IMG/VR virus record: IMGVR_UViG_3300045971_000528
Coordinates: 42,082-106,081 of that record
DNA length: 64,000 nucleotides
Source of the DNA: a virus
Strand: one strand, 5' to 3'
The notes beneath the pieces were generated by a model. The model saw nothing but the letters and a program-made list of their open reading frames with translations. It searched no databases and had not been told where the DNA came from. Below are positions 10,054 to 19,405 of this stretch, one piece after another (the first letter of the stretch is position 1; each line of letters opens with the position of its first letter). Position numbers and translations under genes: made by a program.

Positions 10054-10352
10054 TGTGTCCTATTTACTCACCCACGAGAATCAGATTGAGACAGCCGTCA
10101 TCGTCGGCAACTACCAGGCTGCCGAACTTCCACGTTCTGCCACCAGACCATTCGCCAGTGCGGTCAGTCAGATCGAGCTTCAATCGCTGTTCCGAGCCCA
10201 GTTCGCGTAGCTCCTTGACGGTGCCCTTGGATGGCATGAAGGCGGTCACAAGTAGATCGCCTTTGTGCGCGATCGTGGTGATGCGACTCGCGTGAAGCAT
10301 GATGCGTATGAAGTCCATGGTTGTATTGTATCACAACCATGGACCAAGAATG

Positions 10353-11111
10353 TTACCGCTTGCGCTTCTTCCTGACCGCGGTTACCTTCACAGGTACGTA
10401 GAAGCCAGTGTCGCCCAACATCCGCCGAAGCTCGATCAAGTCTGACCATCGCTCCTTCGTATTGGCTGCACCGAGGATGACGACGGTAACCACCGCCTTG
10501 TTGATCTCGGTGATGACGACCAAGCAGCCGCCAGAAGAGTTGATGAAGCCAGTTTTGGAGAGGTAGAATGACCAACCTTCCTTCGTCAGGAGCGGATTGG
10601 TGCTGTTGCGCTTGCCAACTTCGGTGACTGTACGTGTCGAGATCTCAGCAACATCTGTCTGGTAGAGCTCCTTCGCCAGCAAAGCAAGCTGCCTCGCCGA
10701 GGAGGTGTTCTGCGGGCTCAGACCGGATGGCTCAACGATGGTGGCGTACGACGATTGATTCTCGGGAACTGTTCGGCCAAGAGCAACAGCGGCAACATTG
10801 TCAGAGGAGACGAGAGCAAGCTCCTCGAGCTGCTTGCGAGTGTACATTTGGCCGGGTTTCAGAGCCGAATGCTTGCCACCAGCGGCATCACGGAAGTCGA
10901 ACTTCGAGATGCGAATGAGCTCCAGCGGATCCAGTGGGAGTGAGTTGTTGACAACCACCAGCTTGGAGATAGATGCAATGGGCCGGATGTCGTCAGCGTT
11001 CTTCTCGAGAAGCACGTTACCATCCATGTCCTGCACAAGATACGTCGACGCTGTCAGAGCGAAAGCATGGCCTGTCCAGCAAAGGACAAGTGCAAGCAGA
11101 AACCGGGTCAT
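10353..11111 (-). CDS. D-Ala-D-Ala endo/carboxypeptidase (peptidase S11, PBP7-like)
   Basis: signal peptide; SxxK (SISK), SDN, KTG motifs. Confidence 0.9.
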   Translation of the reverse strand: MTRFLLALVLCWTGHAFALTASTYLVQDMDGNVLLEKNADDIRPIASISKLVVVNNSLPLDPLELIRISKFDFRDAAGGKHSALKPGQMYTRKQLEELALVSSDNVAAVALGRTVPENQSSYATIVEPSGLSPQNTSSARQLALLAKELYQTDVAEISTRTVTEVGKRNSTNPLLTKEGWSFYLSKTGFINSSGGCLVVITEINKAVVTVVILGAANTKERWSDLIELRRMLGDTGFYVPVKVTAVRKKRKR

Positions 11112-11334
11112 CTCTTGTCCAGGTTCCAGAAGGCAGTGTCGACGAGCGCCTGCTGTTCCTTCTCGTTGTACTCACCGTTGCCGCGACGGTGGCTGTAGGA
11201 CCACGTGCCGATCTTGTTGAGCAGCGCAACGACCGCTTGGTGATTCATCGTCACTTCACGATGGAACTGGAGGTCATGAAGAAGCTGCTCGTAGACAGCG
11301 ATCTTCTCTTTCTGGGTGGGGTGTTTTGGTGCAG

Positions 11335-11949
11335 TCATACGATGATGCAGTTGCTTTCCTCGCAGCCCAGGATCTTAGAGCAAGCGAAGTAGTCGTGGCC
11401 GCTGAAGCCATAGTGTGGGTCGGTGAGATAGTGCACGCACTGACTCGAATCAAAGTCAGCACCGTCGTCAATGGCCACGTGACAGTCAATTTCCGGATGG
11501 TCACGCAGGAAAGCTTGAACCTCTAGCCCACGCTTTTCCCACAGTCGTGGTGTGACGCCAACCAGCTCGACCTCAAAGCCGAGCAGCTTCAGGTAGAGAC
11601 CCAGACATTCGAGGTGTTCAGGCGACCCGTACTCGATGTCGCATCGTCCTTCGAGAGCTGGAGACATTTTGCTGAAGTAGACACGGTGCGAAGAGGACAG
11701 CACAACCTTGGCACCTGACCGCTTTGCCAGCCGGTTGAGCAGCGACACTGAGGTTGGGCAGAATGTCTGGAAGGACTGGATGACACCGTAACCGAACTCG
11801 CCGCCCGGGCACTTGCTCAGGAGCTGCATGGTCCAGTCAGCGATCTCTGTCTCGGTGCCGTTGCTGGCTTCCCAATAGGTGCCGGTGCGGGCAAGACAGG
11901 ATGCGATGGAGTTTGCGACTCCATCGATGTCGAGGAAGATCGCCTTCAT
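11335..11949 (-). CDS. HAD-domain phosphatase (RNA-repair type)
   Basis: FLDIDGV, VVLSSS, AIDD motifs. Confidence 0.85.
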   Translation of the reverse strand: MKAIFLDIDGVANSIASCLARTGTYWEASNGTETEIADWTMQLLSKCPGGEFGYGVIQSFQTFCPTSVSLLNRLAKRSGAKVVLSSSHRVYFSKMSPALEGRCDIEYGSPEHLECLGLYLKLLGFEVELVGVTPRLWEKRGLEVQAFLRDHPEIDCHVAIDDGADFDSSQCVHYLTDPHYGFSGHDYFACSKILGCEESNCIIV

Positions 11950-12197
11950 ACCCGTTCTGCAGAGCGCCGTTCGTCAGCCGAGGTGTTGGTAAGCGTCAGC
12001 TTGCCGGAGTCTTCGTCGATGCAGAAGGTGATGACGTCGCCGACAACGTAGTCATGCTCGACCACCCATTCTGGGCTGAACGTCAACAGGAGTTCTCCGC
12101 TCGGCAGCTCATGACACTGGATGGCATCACCGCTGGGGTCGTGTTGGGGATCTTCTGGGAACTGCTCGTTGCTCAGTGTCTGGTCAAATTGCATTGT
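11946..12197 (-). CDS. hypothetical protein
   Basis: ORF after TACAAT promoter; start at internal Met. Confidence 0.5.
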   Translation of the reverse strand, partial: TMQFDQTLSNEQFPEDPQHDPSGDAIQCHELPSGELLLTFSPEWVVEHDYVVGDVITFCIDEDSGKLTLTNTSADERRSAERV

Positions 12198-12265
12198 GCA
12201 TCCTTCTGGTGATTGTTCTATTGTAGCACATCCCGGGCACCACTGGTCTGGCAGATGCAGGTTGA

Positions 12266-12610
12266 TCATTCGAGCCGCCCCATCTCTCGGTCATGATCCT
12301 CTTGATCGACGTCTGCGAGCTCAAGCGATCCGTCCTTCTGTGGGCGCAGTTCGAGCTGGTCAATGTGCATGGGGATGTGGTAGCCCTTGGAGTGGAACTC
12401 GTTGCCATCAGCACCCTTGATGTCGATCCACATGGTCTCTGCATCTCGCTCACCTGAGCTGAGCTTGTTGGGCTCGATGTAGGTCCTGATGACAGTGCAG
12501 AGCTCACGACCATAGTCGTAGAAGATGACGCGCTTGTCCTTGCTGAGCGCTCTGCTCAGGAGTTTGTAGACCAGAGGAACGTCCTCGTCGGCGATTTCGT
12601 ATAGCTTCAT
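12266..12610 (-). CDS. array-A paralog (MKLYEI leader)
   Basis: leader + PLVYKLL..KDKRV domain. Confidence 0.8.
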   Translation of the reverse strand: MKLYEIADEDVPLVYKLLSRALSKDKRVIFYDYGRELCTVIRTYIEPNKLSSGERDAETMWIDIKGADGNEFHSKGYHIPMHIDQLELRPQKDGSLELADVDQEDHDREMGRLE

Positions 12611-12948
12611 GTGATCCCCAATTCGCGCAGCCGACCCCACTTGGGCTTCAGCGTCCAAATGTCACCATCCTTCTCAATCCCGATCAGATGGTCCATGTCT
12701 TCGGTGTCCATTAGAATGAGCGTTTGCTCTCTGAACCCCGTGCCAGGATACCATTTGCCGCGATCGCGGAATGCTTCGGTGTACACCATCTTGTAGCGCT
12801 TGCCATCATGGAAGAATTTGGTGGCGATGCACATTGTGTTGTCGCGGTCTGTAATGCGCAACGCTGTCTGGTCAACGGTCGTTTGGAAGTGCTTCAGTGC
12901 CAGCTTCAGTATGAGGGACCCGATGTCCTCAATTTCATGCAACATCAT
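12607..12948 (-). CDS. array-A paralog (MLHEI leader)
   Basis: leader + divergent domain. Confidence 0.75.
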   Translation of the reverse strand: MMLHEIEDIGSLILKLALKHFQTTVDQTALRITDRDNTMCIATKFFHDGKRYKMVYTEAFRDRGKWYPGTGFREQTLILMDTEDMDHLIGIEKDGDIWTLKPKWGRLRELGIT

Positions 12949-13267
12949 TTGGCATCTCCCATTCGCCCTTCAGCAACCAGCACCAGCCACCGCTCATTTG
13001 GTCGTAGTGCTTCTTCAGTTGGAACGTCTCTAGCCAAGCAGCGTGCGTGAAGTACGTGGTCATTGTTGAGCTACCACCGAAGTCGGACTTGTAGAAGAAC
13101 GTGTAGTCGTTGCTGTCACTGTCGTATTCCGCCTTGAACATCCAACCAAGGACTAGAAATTGATCGTCTTGCTTCACGCTCAGCTTTACTCGCTCGCCCT
13201 TGGCCAGCAGCTTTTGGACGACGGTGAAGATCAGCGGAGTGTCGTCAGAGATTTCATCGAGTCTCAT
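12935..13267 (-). CDS. array-A paralog (MRLDEI leader)
   Basis: PLIF..QKLLAKGERV. Confidence 0.8.
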   Translation of the reverse strand: MRLDEISDDTPLIFTVVQKLLAKGERVKLSVKQDDQFLVLGWMFKAEYDSDSNDYTFFYKSDFGGSSTMTTYFTHAAWLETFQLKKHYDQMSGGWCWLLKGEWEMPNDVA

Positions 13268-13620
13268 AGGTCATGACCCCCGAGATCCGTATTGTTGCCA
13301 GATGCTGGAACATAGAGGGCTGGCACCAGAGGGCCCCACTTGTTTGGATAGTGTTTCTGCCGAATGTCTGCGCGCTGCAAGCGACCGGCTGGCTGTGAAT
13401 ACTGTTTCGAGACATTGGTGTACACGTTGAAGGTGTACACCTCGAAAGGCTTGTCAGGCGTTGGCGCAAATGAATCCACCTCGAAGCTGGTGATGCGACC
13501 CAGTGTAGACTCAGTGCCATCATCTTGGACTATGACCATCAGCACTGGTTCTTCCTTCTTCAGGAGACTGCGCAGCATCTTCACCACGAACGGTTCGGCG
13601 TTGAGTTCGTCGAGTCTCAT
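13264..13620 (-). CDS. array-A paralog (MRLDEL leader)
   Basis: PFVVKML..LKKEEPV. Confidence 0.8.
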   Translation of the reverse strand: MRLDELNAEPFVVKMLRSLLKKEEPVLMVIVQDDGTESTLGRITSFEVDSFAPTPDKPFEVYTFNVYTNVSKQYSQPAGRLQRADIRQKHYPNKWGPLVPALYVPASGNNTDLGGHDL

Positions 13621-13937
13621 ATCAGCCCGCTCTTCTTGAAGGTCCAGTAGAAAGCAGGGCCGTCATCATCCTTGCCCAACTCGATGGTCGATTCATCTGC
13701 TTCTGGGCCAGTGCGCCATGACGTGCCTATTTCACCAGACACTGCAGCCTTCGGCCAAACGATGCCGTACATCGTGCTGCCTGCAGCACGACCGGAAGTG
13801 GTGATGTCAACCACCCGGCGCGGGCGACCAGAAGCACCGATGAAGTAGACGCGATCGCCCTTCTCCAGCTTGCGCTTGATGATGGTCACAGCCAAAGGAT
13901 CCTCGTCGGTGACGTCATTGATCTCATCAAGGCGCAT
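13617..13937 (-). CDS. array-A paralog (MRLDEI leader)
   Basis: PLAV..RKLEKGDRV. Confidence 0.8.
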   Translation of the reverse strand: MRLDEINDVTDEDPLAVTIIKRKLEKGDRVYFIGASGRPRRVVDITTSGRAAGSTMYGIVWPKAAVSGEIGTSWRTGPEADESTIELGKDDDGPAFYWTFKKSGLI

Positions 13938-14262
13938 TGACGACCTCCCACTCTTTGTCGCCGACCTTCTTGATGTCCAACAGACTGTCCAAATCTGGAT
14001 CATGATCCCTTATGCTCAACATCCAGATCTGCGGATTGCGGCTCGTAGACAGATTATACATCAGTGCGTAGCGATCTTCATCCTTTCCTACGTGCGTCAA
14101 CTGACCATGTGCGGGAAAGACAGTCAAAGTGCCAGTGTTGGTAGGGAACCGCTTCTTCTCGATGTTGAGCGTGACTATCTCGCCCTTGTCAATGAGGCGC
14201 TTCATCAGCCCAAGGATCAGCGGATCCTGATGATCTTCTTCGAACAGTTCGGTGACCTTCAT
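13927..14262 (-). CDS. array-A paralog (MKVTEL leader)
   Basis: PLIL..RLIDKGEIV. Confidence 0.8.
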   Translation of the reverse strand: MKVTELFEEDHQDPLILGLMKRLIDKGEIVTLNIEKKRFPTNTGTLTVFPAHGQLTHVGKDEDRYALMYNLSTSRNPQIWMLSIRDHDPDLDSLLDIKKVGDKEWEVVNAP

Positions 14263-14546
14263 CGCATCTCCCAGGAGACGATCTTGCCGTCTTTTCTCTC
14301 GAGTGGATGGAGCATCATGCCTTCTAGCTGTTCAGGTGTCAAGTAGTCAACACCAAAGGTTGGCTCACTGCCGGCCGTGTCTACGATCTCATAGGACAAT
14401 TGATACTGAAACTTCTTGGGAGCGTAGATCAGCGACAGCACCTCACCATAGCCTTGGTAAAAGACAGGCTCGCCCCGATCCTTGAGCTTGTGAACAAGCT
14501 TGTAGATGAGCGGCACATCTGCCTCGTGAATTTCAGTGAGCTTCAA
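14259..14546 (-). CDS. array-A paralog (MKLTEI leader)
   Basis: PLIY..KLKDRGEPV. Confidence 0.8.
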   Translation of the reverse strand: MKLTEIHEADVPLIYKLVHKLKDRGEPVFYQGYGEVLSLIYAPKKFQYQLSYEIVDTAGSEPTFGVDYLTPEQLEGMMLHPLERKDGKIVSWEMR

Positions 14547-14875
14547 TTTTCAATCACCCAGACTTCGTCTTTTGCGTAGTGCTTCAGTTTCAGTTCATCA
14601 TCAACAGTCTCAGCCGGTTCGGCCCAACTGTGGGTCGTCATGCCACCGGGAGAGGTGTAGTAGATGAAGAGATTGCCAACCTCGTACTCGACGCGGTCGA
14701 CTGCGCCATCCTCGTAGTGCCCCTTCTTGCCATTTCGCGTGATGACTTTGTATCCGTTCTCTTCGTCATCCTCCATCCAAAGATGGATGTACAGAGTCGC
14801 CTCATCCTTCAACAGCTTATTTAGGACAGTCAGAAGCAGCGGACGGTGCAGATCCAGTTCTTCAAGCAGCATCAA
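14543..14875 (-). CDS. array-A paralog (MLLEEL leader)
   Basis: PLLL..KLLKDEATL. Confidence 0.8.
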   Translation of the reverse strand: MMLLEELDLHRPLLLTVLNKLLKDEATLYIHLWMEDDEENGYKVITRNGKKGHYEDGAVDRVEYEVGNLFIYYTSPGGMTTHSWAEPAETVDDELKLKHYAKDEVWVIEN

Positions 14876-16101
14876 CGTTTCTCCCGACGCTGCTTTTCCA
14901 GATCTGCCAGGAATTCAGGGGTGTATGTGAAGCACCAGACATCACCCTTCTTCACGAGAGTGAAGCAGTAGTCCATGGCTTTGTAGCTGAACTTCTGGAC
15001 AGGCACCCACCCCTGAGTGGTAGATTGGTACGCGATATTCAGGCCGTCAGACTTTTCCTCAATGCGAGTGATGTCACCGATGAAGCCATGGAAGCCCATG
15101 TCAATCAAGATCTGGTGTCCCTTGTTGTAGAGCTGAAGCAGAAGCGTAGCGACCAGCGGGATCTTCCCATCATCTACCTCTTCTTCCAGCTCCTCTGCTT
15201 GATCAGGATCATAGCGCACCATCCAATGACCCTCATGCTTGTCAAGTGTCATGTGGTTCTCGAGATGTTCCCGATCATAGGTGATGCTTTGCCGATTGTT
15301 GCCATGCGGGCGCATTACCTTAAAGATGTAGCTGCCATCCCACTGATAGAGATCTTCTAGCCATGCTGGTTCACCCATGTCTTCAGTGTCATAGAAGAAC
15401 ATGGCGTCCTCCTTGACCTTTCGCTGCGCCAACAGCTTCCTCACTTGGGTGAAGATGAGTGGATCCTTCTCCAGCTCTTCCCTCACTTTGCGACTACTTT
15501 CGCTGCCAGCATCCTCGATGCGATAGATCTCCCACCCATTGTGGTCACCACGCAGATCCCACAGGTGCATCAAACTGTCGGGAATGGTAAGGCCGTAGTA
15601 CCTACCCGTCTTGAGTTGTTCGAACTCAAAGGCGGTGCGCGCATCCTTGGTACCTTCAGCATGTCGTAAGATCTTCTTCAGCTCGAAGGTCCTCACGCGC
15701 TTGTGTTCCATGCGCTCGTCGTCATCGATAGATTGGTAGAGGACCTGCTCGCCCTTCTTCATTCGTTGTCTTAGAATGGTCGTGAGGATCGGTTCGCGAT
15801 CATCGTCAATGTCTTCAGTGATGTCACGGTCTTCTTGCATCTCCCACTCAAGGTCACCGTTATTGTCACGCTTCATGATCGTCCAGCGATCGGCATTCAG
15901 CTCATTGATGCGTCTAGAAGTAACACCGATACCGGGACACTTGAATTTCAACTGCCAATGGTGGGCATTGAACAACGGATCGTCATGCTGCTCGGTAATT
16001 TTCTCGAGATAGTAGTGCAGCTTTCCCTGGCCAATGTAGACAGTGTTTCCAGTATCGTGCAGCTTCTGTACGACCTTGATGATCAGCGGCATGTCATCCA
16101 T
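14872..16101 (-). CDS. array-A polyprotein with four tandem domains
   Basis: four P(L/I)hh...KG-type units joined by acidic linkers. Confidence 0.8.
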   Translation of the reverse strand: MDDMPLIIKVVQKLHDTGNTVYIGQGKLHYYLEKITEQHDDPLFNAHHWQLKFKCPGIGVTSRRINELNADRWTIMKRDNNGDLEWEMQEDRDITEDIDDDREPILTTILRQRMKKGEQVLYQSIDDDERMEHKRVRTFELKKILRHAEGTKDARTAFEFEQLKTGRYYGLTIPDSLMHLWDLRGDHNGWEIYRIEDAGSESSRKVREELEKDPLIFTQVRKLLAQRKVKEDAMFFYDTEDMGEPAWLEDLYQWDGSYIFKVMRPHGNNRQSITYDREHLENHMTLDKHEGHWMVRYDPDQAEELEEEVDDGKIPLVATLLLQLYNKGHQILIDMGFHGFIGDITRIEEKSDGLNIAYQSTTQGWVPVQKFSYKAMDYCFTLVKKGDVWCFTYTPEFLADLEKQRREKR

Positions 16102-16423
16102 TGCGTACTCTCTTTAGTTCCCAATCATCTGGTGCATCTTCTGTCTTGAGACCGATTCGCGTCTTTTCCAGTGTCCATCTTGTTTCAGCTTCATCTGGGG
16201 TCATACTCACCCCGATGCCACCATGTACATCAATGCTGTAAGCTGGGCCATGATACTCGTCACTGTCCATTGTGCGTGGATGATCAACAACTACCTTGCC
16301 AATCTTGCGCACTTCGAGCAATGCAAAAGACCCCCTCAACCAGATGCGGTCACCCTTAGCCATCAGCTTCCGCATGGTGCTGATGAGCAATGGTTCACGT
16401 TCGGTGATTTCACTGAGGATCAT
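16094..16423 (-). CDS. array-A paralog (MILSEI leader)
   Basis: PLLI..KLMAKGDRI. Confidence 0.8.
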   Translation of the reverse strand: MILSEITEREPLLISTMRKLMAKGDRIWLRGSFALLEVRKIGKVVVDHPRTMDSDEYHGPAYSIDVHGGIGVSMTPDEAETRWTLEKTRIGLKTEDAPDDWELKRVRNG

Positions 16424-16811
16424 TGGTCAGGATCCATGAAGGTGATGGGCTTGCAGGCACAAGGGTAAAGGTGGTGTCAAATTCATCAGCCCAAATAGCT
16501 GCAATTTGATTGCCATTGCCAGGACCACGGGAGTTCGGATCTACGTCGATCTCGTACTCGATCTCGATGAACAATCGGTTCGGATTCTTCACGCTTGGGT
16601 TGCTATCGCCACCACAACGTCGCGCATCGTGCGCCTCGAAGATGCGACCATTGTCGACGCGATACTTATCATGGGTGCCTTCCATTCCCAGATCATTCGA
16701 GGCATCTAGGGTGCAGTCAAGCCACACACGCTCACCCTTCGCAAGCTTGCGGCGAATGATGTTGATGAGGATCGGAGTGTCGGTCGGATCGGTGATCTCG
16801 GTCAGCTTCAT
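16410..16811 (-). CDS. array-A paralog (MKLTEI leader)
   Basis: PILI..RKLAKGERV. Confidence 0.8.
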   Translation of the reverse strand: MKLTEITDPTDTPILINIIRRKLAKGERVWLDCTLDASNDLGMEGTHDKYRVDNGRIFEAHDARRCGGDSNPSVKNPNRLFIEIEYEIDVDPNSRGPGNGNQIAAIWADEFDTTFTLVPASPSPSWILTNDPQ

Positions 16812-17458
16812 TGCTTCTCCAACACGTAGTCTTTGCCATTGTTGATGGGAGACAGGGTGTAGTCGTCAGGATCGATGTACATCTGTTGCATGAAGCTGCT
16901 CGCTGGCACGGGTCGCTTGTCCATGAAGTCGATCTGCACCCCGCCATGCTCATCGTGTTCCATCTTGGAGACCTCGAAGGAGCAAGCACCGTGGTTGTTG
17001 TGGCGACGAATGAAGATCGTGCCGCCCTTGGCATAGATCTTCTTGGCAAGGATAAGCATCAGCGGCATCCCGTCAACTTCCTCCTTGACGACAGATTCGC
17101 TATTGACGAACTCCCAAGTGCTTCGACCCATGTGCTTGAACTGCTTCAGCATGTAGCAGTCCTCGAAGGTATCAGCATTGATCATCAAGTTGGTTTCGCC
17201 CTTGTACTGGGTATCGTCAGGTAGATCCTGTTTCACGTAGGTCAATTCGATCACATTCTCAGTGCCAATCAACCCCTGTATGAGACTGCTCGGGTTTGGT
17301 TTGGTTTCAAGTCGCAGGATCGGACCTTCATGATGGACCTTCATCGCGCGCAGAGGCATGTCAATGGACAGCCATACCTCTTCGCCTTTTGCTAGCCGCT
17401 GCTTCACCAACTTGGCAAGCAGCGGCAGATCTTCTTCGTGGAGTTCAAAGAGCTTCAT
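16808..17458 (-). CDS. array-A two-domain paralog (MKLFEL leader)
   Basis: two units joined by VKEEVD. Confidence 0.8.
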   Translation of the reverse strand: MKLFELHEEDLPLLAKLVKQRLAKGEEVWLSIDMPLRAMKVHHEGPILRLETKPNPSSLIQGLIGTENVIELTYVKQDLPDDTQYKGETNLMINADTFEDCYMLKQFKHMGRSTWEFVNSESVVKEEVDGMPLMLILAKKIYAKGGTIFIRRHNNHGACSFEVSKMEHDEHGGVQIDFMDKRPVPASSFMQQMYIDPDDYTLSPINNGKDYVLEKQ

Positions 17459-18144
17459 GCGCCCGCCGACATGTTACCGGTCACTGCAAGTGCCGGCTTG
17501 CCATCGATCCTAGTGAACTCGCCACAACGCTCGAGGTCATCATCAACGTAGCCAAAGGCCTGTGGTATTCTGCCGCCTGGCGCGATCACCATGAATTCAA
17601 TCTCTTTGCCAGAGGCTTTACCTTCAGTCTTGCGCTGAAAGCTGGTGATCCTGCCCTGCCACTCAAGCTTGTCCTGGTCATCGATGCGCCAGAAAAGATT
17701 GACTTCTTCCCCCTTGTCGAGGAGCTTCTGCAGGACCTTCTCGAGTAGAGAGACATCAACCTCTTCATCAACCTGCTTCACGCGGTTCGTCAGAATCCAG
17801 TGGCCGTCCTCGTCCTTCTTGAAGTCATAGCGATCATCAAAGCTATCAGCACGGACCCATTCTTCCTTGCCGCCAGGGCGGGTCATGTGCTTCCACTTGA
17901 TGAAGAGACGGGGAATATCAAAGGCCTTCTCTGGCGCAGCCAGCGCACCACCCTTACCGATACCACCGACCTTGAGCGGGGCGCCCATCCGAATGCCAAC
18001 GATGTCACCGAAGACGCGATTGGATCCGTTCGATAGCTTGGCCCAGATCTTGACCTCGTCAGTTTTCATGCGCCGCAAGATGATCCGCGCCAACAGGGGC
18101 AGATCATCGTCGAAGTCGGATTCGAGGAGGTGTGATACGAGCAT
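17455..18144 (-). CDS. array-A two-domain paralog, first gene of late operon
   Basis: two units joined by VDEEVD; GTAAATA 4 nt before ATG. Confidence 0.8.
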   Translation of the reverse strand: MLVSHLLESDFDDDLPLLARIILRRMKTDEVKIWAKLSNGSNRVFGDIVGIRMGAPLKVGGIGKGGALAAPEKAFDIPRLFIKWKHMTRPGGKEEWVRADSFDDRYDFKKDEDGHWILTNRVKQVDEEVDVSLLEKVLQKLLDKGEEVNLFWRIDDQDKLEWQGRITSFQRKTEGKASGKEIEFMVIAPGGRIPQAFGYVDDDLERCGEFTRIDGKPALAVTGNMSAGA

Positions 18145-18148
18145 CCCC

Positions 18149-18155
18149 TATTTAC
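18149..18155 (-). promoter_or_regulatory. T4-like late promoter RTAAATA; also at 846, 1425, 4003, 21173, 22052, 23742, 25341, 37169, 37745, 43400, 44361, 44607 (minus) and 38925 (plus)
   Basis: AT-rich motif recurring just upstream of genes in a GC-rich genome; matches T4 late consensus TATAAATA. Confidence 0.75.
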
Positions 18156-18170
18156 GGGGATGCGAGGCTG

Positions 18171-18482
18171 TCAGTCAGCAAGCTTGAAGATGCGGCCGGA
18201 CCAGTAGGTGGCTTGACGGGTGCGGATGTAGCGGCCCATTTCCTTGCCTTCCGTGTAGTAGTCACACGGCTTTCCATCCTTCACCCAGCCACGCACTTCT
18301 TCGGTGAGGCGGACGACCTGGGCAGCTTTGCGGCCCTCGCCACGGACACCGAGGAAGATGCCCTCGTAGGTGCCGATGAAGGAGCTGCGACCACCGGCCA
18401 CAGCCACGATGCGATCGCCAGGTTGGATGGTCTGGCCAAACTTGTTGAGGAAGGACTTCGGTTCGTAGGTGATTTTCTTCAT
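18171..18482 (-). CDS. hypothetical protein
   Basis: 103-aa coupled ORF. Confidence 0.65.
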   Translation of the reverse strand: MKKITYEPKSFLNKFGQTIQPGDRIVAVAGGRSSFIGTYEGIFLGVRGEGRKAAQVVRLTEEVRGWVKDGKPCDYYTEGKEMGRYIRTRQATYWSGRIFKLAD

Positions 18483-18784
18483 GTGCTCTCCGTTTCGGTG
18501 ACGGTCAAGCTACCACAGTGCAGCTCCCACGTCTTAGTTTCTGGATCTTGAATGAGACGCGCCTGCTGCTCGATCTTGTCGATGTCGATCATGCAAGACA
18601 ACCCGCGCCACTCCTGGGTCTGGCGTGCAGCCATATGGTATCTGATAGCCACGCAGTCATTCACAATGTCGATGCGATTGATCACTCGCGGCTTCGGCTT
18701 CAGGTGGTGGTTGATGTAGTCGACTCGGGTGCCCTTCTTGAGAAGGATGTTCACCATCGAGACGAGGATGGGAACCTCGGTCAT
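18479..18784 (-). CDS. array-A domain protein without leader
   Basis: PILV..ILLKKGTRV. Confidence 0.75.
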   Translation of the reverse strand: MTEVPILVSMVNILLKKGTRVDYINHHLKPKPRVINRIDIVNDCVAIRYHMAARQTQEWRGLSCMIDIDKIEQQARLIQDPETKTWELHCGSLTVTETEST

Positions 18785-19116
18785 ATCGGGCCGAGACCGT
18801 ACGACTCAGTCTTCTTCGCGTGGTTGATCTTCAGTTCCCAGATGGTGGGTGCAGTCTGCTTGATGAAGGCGCAGTGCTCGAGTTCTTCGTGTGTGAACAC
18901 TGAAACGTCATGCACGTCGAAGTTGAACTCGTACGTGATGCGGTAGCGAAATTGGATCGGTTGGGCCGCCGGCCATTCGACTGCATCAATTGCCACCAAG
19001 ATTCCACTGCGTCTACCGCCGGCATGTTCGAGATCCACCCGGACGGTTTCGCCTTTGCGAAGTAGACCCTGCAAGATCCCGAAGATCAGCGGATGGGGTG
19101 TACTGAGGGTAGACAT
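18781..19116 (-). CDS. array-A domain protein without leader
   Basis: PLIF..GLLRKGETV. Confidence 0.75.
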   Translation of the reverse strand: MSTLSTPHPLIFGILQGLLRKGETVRVDLEHAGGRRSGILVAIDAVEWPAAQPIQFRYRITYEFNFDVHDVSVFTHEELEHCAFIKQTAPTIWELKINHAKKTESYGLGPI

Positions 19117-19373
19117 GTGAAGTCTCCTATGCGAAGGGTCTTTACCCCGTTGATCTCTACTAGGTCTGCATTTTCCTCCAGGAACTCGACGCTAAACATC
19201 TCATTGCGTCGCTCGGGGGTCTCGTACATGAACTGCACCATCCCGCCCAACCCACCAGGAATGATGGAGACCAAGTCGCCCTTGCCGTTCTTGTCGAACT
19301 TCGACTCGAACACTATCCACTTGCCTTCGTTCAGCAACTTGATAGCGCAGTGGATGGCGAGCGGGAGTTTCAT
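19086..19373 (-). CDS. array-A domain protein without leader
   Basis: PLAI..KLLNEGKWI. Confidence 0.7.
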   Translation of the reverse strand: MKLPLAIHCAIKLLNEGKWIVFESKFDKNGKGDLVSIIPGGLGGMVQFMYETPERRNEMFSVEFLEENADLVEINGVKTLRIGDFTCLPSVHPIR

Positions 19374-19405
19374 GATTGGATTATATCACGTCCACCGGAA
19401 ACGTG

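Noticed and set aside
12266-19373. Diversity-generating retroelement, CRISPR array or integron cassettes explaining array A
   Set aside because: No reverse transcriptase, no nucleotide-level repeats or attC sites; the genes overlap directly.
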